DNA from: Trueperaceae bacterium
GTDB taxonomy: Bacteria; Deinococcota; Deinococci; Deinococcales; Trueperaceae
Direction of reading: 5' to 3'
Assembly (NCBI GenBank): GCA_965215565.1
Contig: CBDCDZ010000004.1
Span: forward strand, 608,001-672,000
Length of the DNA stretch: 64,000 bases
The position numbers and the translations under genes were made by a program. The notes below the pieces were generated by a model. The model saw only the letters and a program-made list of their open reading frames with translations, ran no database searches and was not told where the DNA came from. Below, in pieces: positions 21,871 through 30,768 of the stretch. The first letter of the stretch is position 1. Every line of letters starts with the position of its first letter.

Positions 21871-22241
21871 TGAGGACATTGTACCGGAGAAGTGCGTTGC
21901 GCACTGATACATGCGCGCATAGTGGGAATTTGTACGTGCGCGCGTTCTTGCGAGAATCATAGCGCGGACGTAACACGAGTTGGAATAATCGTTGCAACCC
22001 CAACGAAACGAACGTGAAGGTGCGCGAAGATTCCTAGACTCATCTTCGCCCTCCATTGTTATAAGGCACCTCTACAACGCTCGGTTCTGCGGAAGGGGTT
22101 CGCTATAATCTTTCAGATTTATGAGGTGAGCGCGTAGCATTCCATTTGGAGATCATACGAAACATAAAGAAGCACGAACGATGAAGCCACGATTTCTAAT
22201 TTCTTACTTTTTTCGTCCCTTTGTGAGGTTAATCTATACGC

Positions 22242-22802
22242 ATGAACGTGCCTAGTTTTTCACGCTTCCGCTCCGGTACACCCGCGCCCTTTCCTTCTGG
22301 GGAGAGCGTGTCCTATAGCGAGGTGCAAAAGAGCGGCTTACAGGAGCATTACATCCGCATCATCCACAAGCTTGTGACCAAGGGAGAGGTAGATAAGGCG
22401 CAAGTGAATAGGTGGCTCAAGCGCGCCGCTTCGGAAGACCGCGCCGAGAGCCGCAAGGTGAGAGACGAACTCGAGGCAACCCAACCCGCGCCCGTAGTGT
22501 CTGCTGCGCCCTCATCGGCGTCTAGCACATCGCCATCCGGGGGTGCTCGCACGACGCGGGCAACAACCCGTGGCTCAACGTTTACCGGCGCGAAACGCGG
22601 ACGCGCCGAAAAGCTCCTCACACTCGTCTCGAAGGGCAATCATAAAGAAGCGGTCAAAGCGGCTCAAACGTACGCCCTCTCCCCCACCCAGGTCTCACAA
22701 GCTGCGCTCCGCCCCGGACAGTCCGCCGAGGCGCACACAGTCAAAGCGCCGAGTAAAGTAGCGAGTAAGTTGATCACGACGGGATACTGGGCGACGCAGT
22801 AA
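22242..22802 (+). CDS. Hypothetical basic protein with Ser/Ala-rich linker
   Basis: 186-aa ORF with genome-like codon use; no family recognised. Confidence 0.65.
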   Translation: MNVPSFSRFRSGTPAPFPSGESVSYSEVQKSGLQEHYIRIIHKLVTKGEVDKAQVNRWLKRAASEDRAESRKVRDELEATQPAPVVSAAPSSASSTSPSGGARTTRATTRGSTFTGAKRGRAEKLLTLVSKGNHKEAVKAAQTYALSPTQVSQAALRPGQSAEAHTVKAPSKVASKLITTGYWATQ

Positions 22803-22883
22803 GCGCGGCGCTCTCTTCGCGGTCTCAAGGTGACCTCTCACTGAGGTCTGTTCGCTCTCCGGTTTCTCGGAGCATAACTCAGG

Positions 22884-23223
22884 TAATACGAGGTTGCATG
22901 GCTTATAGCAGGTATCATCTGGTCAGAGTGTACGAAGTTTTGCGAAGCAACACTCACACTTTGTAAAACGATGTTTCGCTTTGCGAAAACTGCGTAACTA
23001 GCACGCACTTCAAGGGATGAAATCCCGCAACGGCAGGGCGGCCTGCCCGTAACGCTAGTCCTTGCGGACAGAGATCTGCGCTCATCCGTCTCAGTATGTT
23101 GTGGAACTGCTATTAGTTTGCAAACTAAGCCATGCCCTTCACGGATGGGACGTAAACTCGGCGCTTCGCTGAAAAGTTAAAACGCTCTCAGTAAGGATAA
23201 GTAAGCCGTGCAATTCCGTATAA
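22884..23223. repeat. Repeat family D carrying nested family B
   Basis: TAA-TACGAGGTTGCA...TGCAATTCCGTA-TAA. Confidence 0.8.
22906..23112. repeat. Repeat family B, long form, nested in D
   Basis: TAGCAGGTATCATCTGG...GGAACTGCTA with TTA duplication; removal restores the perfect hairpin GCATGGCTTAGTTTGCAAACTAAGCCATGC. Confidence 0.85.
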
Positions 23224-23337
23224 CTGCTTCAGCACCTCTTCGGCACTTTCTCAGATGAGCGCCGTTAGGTAAGCTCGAACCGCCGTTAAAACAGATTTCG
23301 GCAGGCTTCCCTATGCAAAAGACCCCTCGTGAGAATT

Positions 23338-23472
23338 TTGTCAGAAGGGTTGTCCTAAAGTACATTCAGGCAGGGCAACACCGTGAACCGTCATCGACTA
23401 CACCGTGCATCATTACGAACGCCCTGCCTCTCCTCTCTCGCCCCCTTCACTCCTCGAGGGGGCTTTTATTTT
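23338..23472 (+). ncRNA. Candidate ~100-nt sRNA with its promoter and terminator
   Basis: TTGTCA-N17-TACATT (23338-23366) followed by GCCCCCT...AGGGGGC-TTTTATTTTT terminator (23440-23472); no convincing ORF. Confidence 0.45.
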
Positions 23473-23625
23473 TCTCTCACCACGCGGATGTGTTAAAGAA
23501 ATAACCGGGACGCGCGCTGCATCCCGGCTAAGATTTTGAAGCAACATCATCAAGGTTCAACGCACAAACATCATGCTTGCATTTTAAGAAAGCGCTAAAC
23601 AGAACATCGTACCCGAAAAGGGTAT

Positions 23626-23871
23626 TTAGTAAGCTGAGCGGCCGCCCCGTTCGGCGTTGACTGTATCCAAGATGCCGCTAATTTCAGATGCCAAGTGCGG
23701 CTCTTGCGCGCCGAAGTCGGCGAGTTGCTGGCAGATTGCGCTCACGCCGGGCTCGTTGCCGATTTCCGCTTCGTAAACGATGCCCATCTGCAACTGCTCT
23801 AAGATTTGCTGCGCGTCCTTCATAAGCTCCCCTAACCTCGATGCTTTAATTTCCAACATCTTACGGTGCAT
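23626..23871 (-). CDS. Small hypothetical protein (MHRKMLEIK...)
   Basis: Protein-like helical ORF followed by a hairpin near 23504-23529; start uncertain. Confidence 0.55.
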   Translation of the reverse strand: MHRKMLEIKASRLGELMKDAQQILEQLQMGIVYEAEIGNEPGVSAICQQLADFGAQEPHLASEISGILDTVNAERGGRSAY

Positions 23872-24088
23872 AAACACGTGCGCCGTGTGAAATTCTTCCC
23901 CACGCTTCACCGATATGAAAATTTTACATCTGGCTACGAAAGCGCCCCCGCTTCTTAGAACGATTATGCACTGCGCCATACCGTCCGATTGAAGTGAGGC
24001 TTACCCTATAGGGCTTATAGCCCCGCGCACGTCAGTACGTGCAGACTACTCTATCCGACACCCGGACGCTCGGGGTATAAAAGTAGAC

Positions 24089-25018
24089 ATGGCGAAACCC
24101 CGCATCATCCTCGACTGTGACCCCGGTCATGACGACGCGCTGGCGCTGCTCGTCGCCGCGCAGCACTGCGACGTGCTCGGCGTGACGACGGTGAGCGGCA
24201 ACGTGCCGCTCCACCTGACGACACATAACGCGCTCATCACCACGCAGATTTTGGGCTTGGACGTTCCCGTTCACGCGGGCGCGACGAGGCCGCTCGTCGC
24301 AAAACCCAAGCACGCCGAATTCATTCACGGCGAGACCGGTTTAGGGGGTCCCGAGTTGCCACCGCTGGAGCGCGAAGCGCGGAGTCACGACGCCGTCAGG
24401 TTCATCATCGACACCGCCCGCTCCGAAACGGACCTCTGGCTCATCGCCACGGGACCGCTTACCAACATCGCGCTCGCCCTGCGCAGCGCCCCGGACCTAG
24501 CAGAAAGGCTCACCGGGATTTCGCTCATGGGCGGCTCGGCTACCTTTGGCAACGTGACGCCCGTCGCCGAATTCAACATCTGGGCGGACCCCGAGGCGGC
24601 GGAGGTGGTTTTTGGCTGCGGCGCGCCCATCCTCATGTCCGGGCTCAACGTGACGCACCAGTTCATGATTCGCCCGGAGGACATCGCCGAGATTCGCGCC
24701 ACCAAAAGCGCCGCCGCGACGTTCTGCGCGGACATGCTCGAGTTCTACTGCCACGCCTACGCCGAAAAGTTTTATGGGCGCGCCGAAGGACCCCTCCACG
24801 ATCCCTGCGCCGTACTCGCCGTGACGCACCCCGAGCTTTTCGAGTTCGGCGCACGTCACGTGGGCGTCGAAACGCAAGGGCGGCGCACGCGGGGCATGAC
24901 GGTGGTGGACGAGCGCGGCGTGAAAGAGGTGGCAGCGAGCAACGCGCAAGTGGCGTATAAGCTTGACCGGGAGGGAGCGCTAGAGGTATTTTTAGAGGCG
25001 ATTCGGGCTTACAGTTAA
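24089..25018 (+). CDS. Inosine/uridine-preferring nucleoside hydrolase (Rih family)
   Basis: DCDPGHDD, GPLTN, AEFNIWADPEAA and LHDP motifs. Confidence 0.95.
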   Translation: MAKPRIILDCDPGHDDALALLVAAQHCDVLGVTTVSGNVPLHLTTHNALITTQILGLDVPVHAGATRPLVAKPKHAEFIHGETGLGGPELPPLEREARSHDAVRFIIDTARSETDLWLIATGPLTNIALALRSAPDLAERLTGISLMGGSATFGNVTPVAEFNIWADPEAAEVVFGCGAPILMSGLNVTHQFMIRPEDIAEIRATKSAAATFCADMLEFYCHAYAEKFYGRAEGPLHDPCAVLAVTHPELFEFGARHVGVETQGRRTRGMTVVDERGVKEVAASNAQVAYKLDREGALEVFLEAIRAYS

Positions 25019-25116
25019 AGAGGCTAACTTTTGTCGAGTTTCCGCGCCCCTTTGCAAGTAAAAGCGAGGTGATATTTTATATAGCGGCATAATTCAGTTA
25101 CTGACAAACTCATGCT

Positions 25117-25569
25117 ATGAAACATTTTCTATTCATTTCTCTCATCGGTTTTTTAGCAGCGTGCGGTTCAACCTCAACTCCAGTAGATGCTGCGCCGATA
25201 TACCCAAGCATTGCTGATACGTGGAGCGATTCGAATGTCGAAATGAGCGTATGTGGAATAAGAGGTTCGGTTCGCCTCACCCTCAATCTAAACCAAAACG
25301 ACAATCAGCTTAACGGGACAGTGCAATGGCGTAGCGCCGACGGAAGCGTTGTCACAGAGACATTCACAGGTAAAATCACAACTGCCGGACGCATCACGGG
25401 TACTGGCTACGGCACAAGCAGTGACGCTCAAGACGATACCGACTTTGACATGCAGGTCTCGAGTGATGGAACATCTCTCGGTGGCTCGGTAGCCAGCGCA
25501 GCTAGAGTCGAATGTCCAGATGGTAGCCTTCAGCGTGGCACAGGGCAAGTCAACTTTGAGCGAGAATAG
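25117..25569 (+). CDS. Hypothetical lipoprotein (beta-rich)
   Basis: Signal peptide with lipobox LAAC. Confidence 0.75.
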   Translation: MKHFLFISLIGFLAACGSTSTPVDAAPIYPSIADTWSDSNVEMSVCGIRGSVRLTLNLNQNDNQLNGTVQWRSADGSVVTETFTGKITTAGRITGTGYGTSSDAQDDTDFDMQVSSDGTSLGGSVASAARVECPDGSLQRGTGQVNFERE

Positions 25570-25749
25570 TTGAGTTAGCACAATCCGAAATACAACCATG
25601 AGCGGTAGATTTCTGCGGGTACCAAGTAGAAACTTACCGCTCAATTTTTGGTGCCTAAACAACGCACCCAGAACTAATCTGTGAGCTACGCCGATCTTCA
25701 TCTTCCCATACAGTAGAATAGGCTCAATACTCTGTTTAGGGAGATACTT

Positions 25750-26430
25750 TTGATCGAGTTTCACCGCGTTACTAAAACCTACCCGCGCACCCACACGCAC
25801 GCGCTTAGAGACGTCAACTTTCGCATTCAAAAGGGCGAATTTCTCTACATCACCGGGCATTCGGGCGCGGGCAAGTCCACCCTCTTGTCGCTGCTGCTAC
25901 GCCGCATCAATCCTACTGAAGGCAGCGTCTACATCTTGGGGCAAGACTTGAGCAAACTGCGCGAGCGCCGGCTGCCCCTCTTGCGCCGCAGAATCGGGAT
26001 GGTCTTTCAGAGCCACCGCCTGCTGCCGCACCTGAGCGCGGTGGATAACCTGACGTTCGCGCTCCGGGCGATTGGTGAGCGCGGCAACTTCGAGCAGCGC
26101 TCATTGGCGGCGCTGCGCCAGGTTGCGCTAGCGCATAAGCGCAAAGCTTTCCCCGTCGAACTCTCCTTGGGTGAACAGCAGCGCGTGGCGATTGCGCGGG
26201 CGATGGTCACGAACCCGCCGCTGCTCCTCTGCGACGAGCCCACGGGCAACCTGGACCCCGACACGAGTTGGGAGATTTTGGAGCTGCTCAACGACTTCAA
26301 CATCAAAGGGACCACCGTGATCGTAGCGACGCACGCCAAAGAGCTGGTGGACCAACTGCGCCGCCGCACCATCGTGCTGAGAAACGGTCAGGTCGTGCGC
26401 GATGATGAGGTGGGCGGGTACTCGCTTTAG
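25750..26430 (+). CDS. ftsE: Cell division ATP-binding protein FtsE
   Basis: MIEFHRVTKTY, GHSGAGKST, LSLGEQQRVAIARA and DEPTGNLDP. Confidence 0.9.
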   Translation: MIEFHRVTKTYPRTHTHALRDVNFRIQKGEFLYITGHSGAGKSTLLSLLLRRINPTEGSVYILGQDLSKLRERRLPLLRRRIGMVFQSHRLLPHLSAVDNLTFALRAIGERGNFEQRSLAALRQVALAHKRKAFPVELSLGEQQRVAIARAMVTNPPLLLCDEPTGNLDPDTSWEILELLNDFNIKGTTVIVATHAKELVDQLRRRTIVLRNGQVVRDDEVGGYSL

Positions 26431-26441
26431 GTACGGGTAAG

Positions 26442-27266
26442 GTGGACATCGGGCGAATCGGCAAATATCAAGAGGTTGACGAGCAAGGATTTTTACAGAG
26501 CGTCGGCGACGCCGCGAATATTCAGGGTGTGTGGTTGAAGGCCGTGCAGATACTCGAGCGGGCGTACCTAGAGCGCTGGTCCAACGTCCACAGCCTCTAC
26601 ATCCGGGGGTCCTTAGCCAAAGGAACGCCCATTGAATACGTGTCCGATATCGACAGCTTCGCGGTGATGGAGCCTGGTTGGGATAATACGGTAACGTATG
26701 ACGAGGTAAGGGTCTGGGCGGAAGAGGTCGAACGGGACATTCGGAGTGCGTTTCCTTTCGTCACCGGGGTTGAGGTGGGGCTCGAGGCGTACGCGGGCAT
26801 CCTCGAGCGACATAACCCCTACACCTTCATCCTCAAAACGGAAGCCGCTTGTGTGTACGGCGACAGTTTAGCGAGCGAGGTTGCACCTTACCGACTCGGT
26901 CCTCAGATAGCCTTTCAAACCAAACACTTTCAGCAACACCTAGACCTCTTCTTAAACGAGTATCCGCAGGAACCCGAGGCGGAAAAGGCTGACTTTATAG
27001 CCTGGCTGATGCGGCGCTTTCTGCGCTTAGGGATGGAACTCGTGATGCTCAAAGAGGGGCGCTATACCCGTGACCTCTATCTCTGTTACGAGAGTTTCGC
27101 GAAACACTATCCCGAGCAACAAGAGGCGATGTATAGGGCGCTCGAGCTAGCCCTCAACCCCGACGTGAGCCGAGAAACCGAGCGCTTCGTCGAGGCGTTC
27201 GGTGCATGGTTGGTGCGAGAAGCTGAGCGCTACCTTGTAGAAACAAGCGCAGATTCTGGGAGATAG
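26442..27266 (+). CDS. Nucleotidyltransferase-domain protein
   Basis: YIRGS...SDIDS Pol-beta-like motif with helical C-terminus. Confidence 0.75.
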   Translation: MDIGRIGKYQEVDEQGFLQSVGDAANIQGVWLKAVQILERAYLERWSNVHSLYIRGSLAKGTPIEYVSDIDSFAVMEPGWDNTVTYDEVRVWAEEVERDIRSAFPFVTGVEVGLEAYAGILERHNPYTFILKTEAACVYGDSLASEVAPYRLGPQIAFQTKHFQQHLDLFLNEYPQEPEAEKADFIAWLMRRFLRLGMELVMLKEGRYTRDLYLCYESFAKHYPEQQEAMYRALELALNPDVSRETERFVEAFGAWLVREAERYLVETSADSGR

Positions 27267-27424
27267 CGTCAAGACTGCAGGTACATTTTGTAGGATACGT
27301 ACGGTAGCGGCTCTAAATCGAATGCTCTCTCTGCTATCTCTACATATTGAACAGAGGGGCGAACAAGGGGTTGAAACCCCTTGCTTTAATATTCGCGTCA
27401 TCTCAAAGCCACTACTCACCCGCA

Positions 27425-29356
27425 TTACTCAGCGCTGACCTCGGCGTAGCTCGGCGTGAAGAGAATCCAGTGCTTGTAGGGGGCTAACTCGATCGTCTCA
27501 CCATTATCTGCAACGAAGGTAAAGCCGCCTTGTGAGGTCCACGTGCCGGGGAGCGCCTTGCCGCGCAGATAAAGCGCCGCGTCGCCGCCACGGTACGGGA
27601 TGTATAAACGTCCTTCCGGGTCGCCGGGCAGGGGCTGCGCTACGATGTCGGCGACGACGACGGCGTCCACGAGCACGTCTTCGCCCCTAGCATCCGAGGC
27701 TTCGTCCCCATTTCTGAGCCAGCGGTACTGGGCAAGCTGCGAGACGTAGCGAAAGCCGCTCGAGTAGGCGGACGAATAGTCCACCACGACGCGCTCCGCT
27801 CCAGGCGCGTTGTCGGCGGGGCGATAAGCGGAGCCGCGTAACACGCTGGAGGCGTCAAGCTCGAGACGAGTGACGGCTTGCCTGAGCGCGTCCCCGCTGG
27901 CGTAGGTGCTGTAGGGCGCACGTTGGTCGCTCACCACGAAGAAGGGGTCCGCCTGCTCCGCTTGCAGGGCGTCCAGCGTCGCGTCGCCTCTGGCGATTTC
28001 GTTCAGCGCACCGGGCGAGCCGCCCACGTGCACGAGCGTACCGTCCATCGCGCTCGCCGCCTGAACGAAATACGGTCTCGCGCTGCGAATAGGTCCGACT
28101 TCGCTCGGGGTGCTGTTAGGGTTGTCGTAGACGCTCATGAGCCGTGTCAAGCCGCCCTCCACGGGCATTTCGTAAATCGCGCCCGCCTCGCGCAAGCCCG
28201 TCTGCGGGTAGCCGAGCGCGTTGTCGAGTATAGCGGCGATGGGCTGGCTCCGGCTCACTTCATAAGGTGTGCGGCTCGCCGGGGCTCCGGTAGCAGCCGT
28301 CTCTACACTAGGCGCAGCCGCCGCGCCTGCGTTGTTCGCCTGCGCCGCGTCCTGCGACTCGGTTTGCCCCGTATCCGCCGCGTTGCCGCCGAGCGCATCG
28401 GCGTCGGCTCTAGCGGCGACGTCGCCGGACTGCGTCTCTTCGGCGTTGGGCGTTTCGGCGGCCACTTGGTCGGGCACATTCGCCGTAGCGGTGGCTTGCG
28501 GGCTCGGCACGGGTTCAGCCTCCGTCACCTGAACGCCCGGCGTCGCCGCTAGAGGACGCGCGCTCGGCACGGAGACCTGCGCCTGCGGCGTTGGTACAGG
28601 TTGGGCGCTCGGCGCGGAGGCTTGAACTTGGGGTGTAGGAATCGTCCGCTCAGGCACCGACGCGCTCGCCTCGGGCGTCGGCACTGGACGCGCTTCGGGT
28701 ATGGACGCTTGCGCTTGCGGCGTCGGCACGGGTTGGGCGCTGGTGACGGAGACCTGGGCACTCGGCTCGGGTACGGCGACGCGCGACGGGACCTCTACGC
28801 GGGGCGTGAGGGCGACGCTGCGCGCTTCGGGCACGGCGGCGGCGGCGCTTGGTTGAGGAATCTGGATAGGCTCAGCGAGGGGTTGGGGCTCCAGTTCTAC
28901 CTCTTCCACTTCGGGCAGCGTCGTAGCGGCGTCTTGTGGGGGTAGATCGAGCGGTTGCGCGTCTGGCGCGGGCACGCTCGCTTGGGGAGCGAGCGGCGGC
29001 TCGCTTATGGGCTCGTTCTGCGCTCGAGGTGCATCGGGCGCGGCTTCCGCCTGCGCCTCCGGCGCTGCGGTGTTCGGCGCAGGTGCTGTTTCGGGCGTGC
29101 GCGGCGCACCCGCCGCCTCGCTCGCCACCTGCGGCTCGGCGGCTTGCGGGGCGGGCTCAGCGGCGGCGGCAGCGTCGCTCGGCTCCGCCTGCTCGCTCGG
29201 ACCGAGTTCTAAGACGATGAAGTTCTCGGGCTCTAGGGGTGTCGGCGCGACGTAGGCGTAGATAACGGCAAAGATGCCCGCGAGGTGCAGGAGTAGCGAT
29301 AGGAGCAGCGCCCGCCGCTTCTCCTTGTCGCGCCAAAACTGTCTCTCGCGCTGCAC
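27425..29356 (-). CDS. TonB/TolA-like membrane-anchored Pro/Ala-rich protein with C-terminal DUF3048 domain
   Basis: TM with SLLLH, long Pro-rich linker with ~15-aa repeats, then DN..PQTGL, YEMPVEGGLTR, GPIRSARPYF and HVGGS. Confidence 0.8.
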   Translation of the reverse strand: MQRERQFWRDKEKRRALLLSLLLHLAGIFAVIYAYVAPTPLEPENFIVLELGPSEQAEPSDAAAAAEPAPQAAEPQVASEAAGAPRTPETAPAPNTAAPEAQAEAAPDAPRAQNEPISEPPLAPQASVPAPDAQPLDLPPQDAATTLPEVEEVELEPQPLAEPIQIPQPSAAAAVPEARSVALTPRVEVPSRVAVPEPSAQVSVTSAQPVPTPQAQASIPEARPVPTPEASASVPERTIPTPQVQASAPSAQPVPTPQAQVSVPSARPLAATPGVQVTEAEPVPSPQATATANVPDQVAAETPNAEETQSGDVAARADADALGGNAADTGQTESQDAAQANNAGAAAAPSVETAATGAPASRTPYEVSRSQPIAAILDNALGYPQTGLREAGAIYEMPVEGGLTRLMSVYDNPNSTPSEVGPIRSARPYFVQAASAMDGTLVHVGGSPGALNEIARGDATLDALQAEQADPFFVVSDQRAPYSTYASGDALRQAVTRLELDASSVLRGSAYRPADNAPGAERVVVDYSSAYSSGFRYVSQLAQYRWLRNGDEASDARGEDVLVDAVVVADIVAQPLPGDPEGRLYIPYRGGDAALYLRGKALPGTWTSQGGFTFVADNGETIELAPYKHWILFTPSYAEVSAE

Positions 29357-29360
29357 GAAC

Positions 29361-29774
29361 TTAATTGCCGCCCGTCGCGATGGCGACGCGCTGCGCCCCA
29401 GCTTGCTTGATCAAGTCCATCACCCGTACGGGCAAGCCGTAGCGCACGCTCTGGTCAGCGCGGAGCACAACCGTATCCGACGCGCTCGACGCCAACACCT
29501 CGCGCAGCACCCCGACGAGGTCCCCCTCGGACACCTGCGCGCCGCCCACGAAGATCTGATCGTCTTGATTGATGGTGACGGTTGGCAACTCCGAGGACTG
29601 TGCCTGGCTGCTCTGCGCTTGGGGCAAATCGACAGGCAGCCCCGACTCGAGCGTGATGAACGTCGTTGAGACCATGAAAAAGATGACGAGCAAAAAGACC
29701 ACGTCCACCATCGGCGTGAGGTCGAGCCCCAGCCCGGTGCGGTTGCGGCGGCTAAGTCGCCCGAATCGGTTCAT
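29361..29774 (-). CDS. exbD: ExbD/TolR biopolymer transport protein
   Basis: DLTPMVDVVFLLVIFFMV, VDLP and LRAD motifs. Confidence 0.93.
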   Translation of the reverse strand: MNRFGRLSRRNRTGLGLDLTPMVDVVFLLVIFFMVSTTFITLESGLPVDLPQAQSSQAQSSELPTVTINQDDQIFVGGAQVSEGDLVGVLREVLASSASDTVVLRADQSVRYGLPVRVMDLIKQAGAQRVAIATGGN

Positions 29775-30435
29775 AATCGTCCTCTACGTCTCCTTCGCTC
29801 CGTCTCTCTCGGGGGCGGTCCTCTTTGCGCCCCGAGACCACCTCGACGACGTTGCCCATCAGCTCTTCGCGGCGGCGCTCGATCTCCAAAAGGATGTTGT
29901 CCACGCGGCTCGAGAGGTAGTTGTAGCCGATAAGCGCCGGAATTGCCACGATGAGCCCCGCCGCCGTCGTCACGAGCGCCTGCCCAATGCCGTCCGCTAG
30001 TGCGGCGGGGTTGCCCGTGCCCTGCTGCGAAATTTCTGAAAACGCAACGATCATCCCCGTGACCGTACCCAAAAGCCCTAGAAGCGGCGCGATCTGCGCA
30101 ATCGTCCCGAGCGGGCGCAAGCCTTTCGTAAGCTGCTGCTCCTCCTCCAACGTCGCCTCTTGAAAGGCGGCTTCGACGGCGGCGCGTCCGTAGGGCAGGC
30201 GTGTCAGGGCAGCTTTGAGCACCCGCGCGATGGGTCCGCCATGATTTTCGCAGGCGACGAGCGCCATCTCGAGGTTGCGCTCGCGCACGGCGGCGTTGAC
30301 CCGCACCATCAGCCGGTCGACGTCCATGCGCTCTTTAGAGAGCTTCAGAAAACGCGCGAAAAAGAGGTAGAGCGCGTAGAGCGATACCAGGAGGATGGCG
30401 ATGAGAACAGGTCCACCACTGCGAAGAAGGTCCAT
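29752..30435 (-). CDS. exbB: ExbB/TolQ/MotA proton channel protein
   Basis: APLLGLLGTVTGMI and GIGQALVTTAAGLIVAIPA motifs. Confidence 0.93.
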   Translation of the reverse strand: MDLLRSGGPVLIAILLVSLYALYLFFARFLKLSKERMDVDRLMVRVNAAVRERNLEMALVACENHGGPIARVLKAALTRLPYGRAAVEAAFQEATLEEEQQLTKGLRPLGTIAQIAPLLGLLGTVTGMIVAFSEISQQGTGNPAALADGIGQALVTTAAGLIVAIPALIGYNYLSSRVDNILLEIERRREELMGNVVEVVSGRKEDRPRERRSEGDVEDDYEPIRAT

Positions 30436-30768
30436 AACGTCTGTATCCTAAGCGCCTCGGGGCTTAATCAGATGAGAGAGTGTAGGGTGCGCCATAGTCC
30501 TCTTTACTTTAACGCGGGAGCGACTGTCACGCTAGGTCTAAGATAACGTGTGTAAGGGTTCTATTAGCAGTTCCAAGACATACCGAGACGGATGAGCGCA
30601 GGTCTCTGTCCGCAAGGACTAGCGGGATTTCATCTCATAACGTGCGTGCTACTTTCTGAAAGCCCGCAGGGACGCAGTTTTCGCAGAGCGAATGACGTAG
30701 TTTTCCGAAGGAAACGACGTTCTCAAAAGTAAGAGTGTCTCAAACCAGATGAACTTAGTATAGAGTTG

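Noticed and set aside
21871..22056. 62-aa N-terminal extension on LepA (similarly on LpdA, TrpE, NrnA and DUF1990)
   Set aside because: Artefact of longest-ORF calling; family starts and promoter/RBS signals lie downstream
26442..27266. Nucleotidyltransferase as a CBASS or toxin-antitoxin component
   Set aside because: No effector, HEPN partner gene or CD-NTase-specific context nearby
27364..27383. CAAGGGGTTGAAACCCCTTG palindrome as a REP family
   Set aside because: Single copy between convergent genes; adequately explained as a bidirectional terminator
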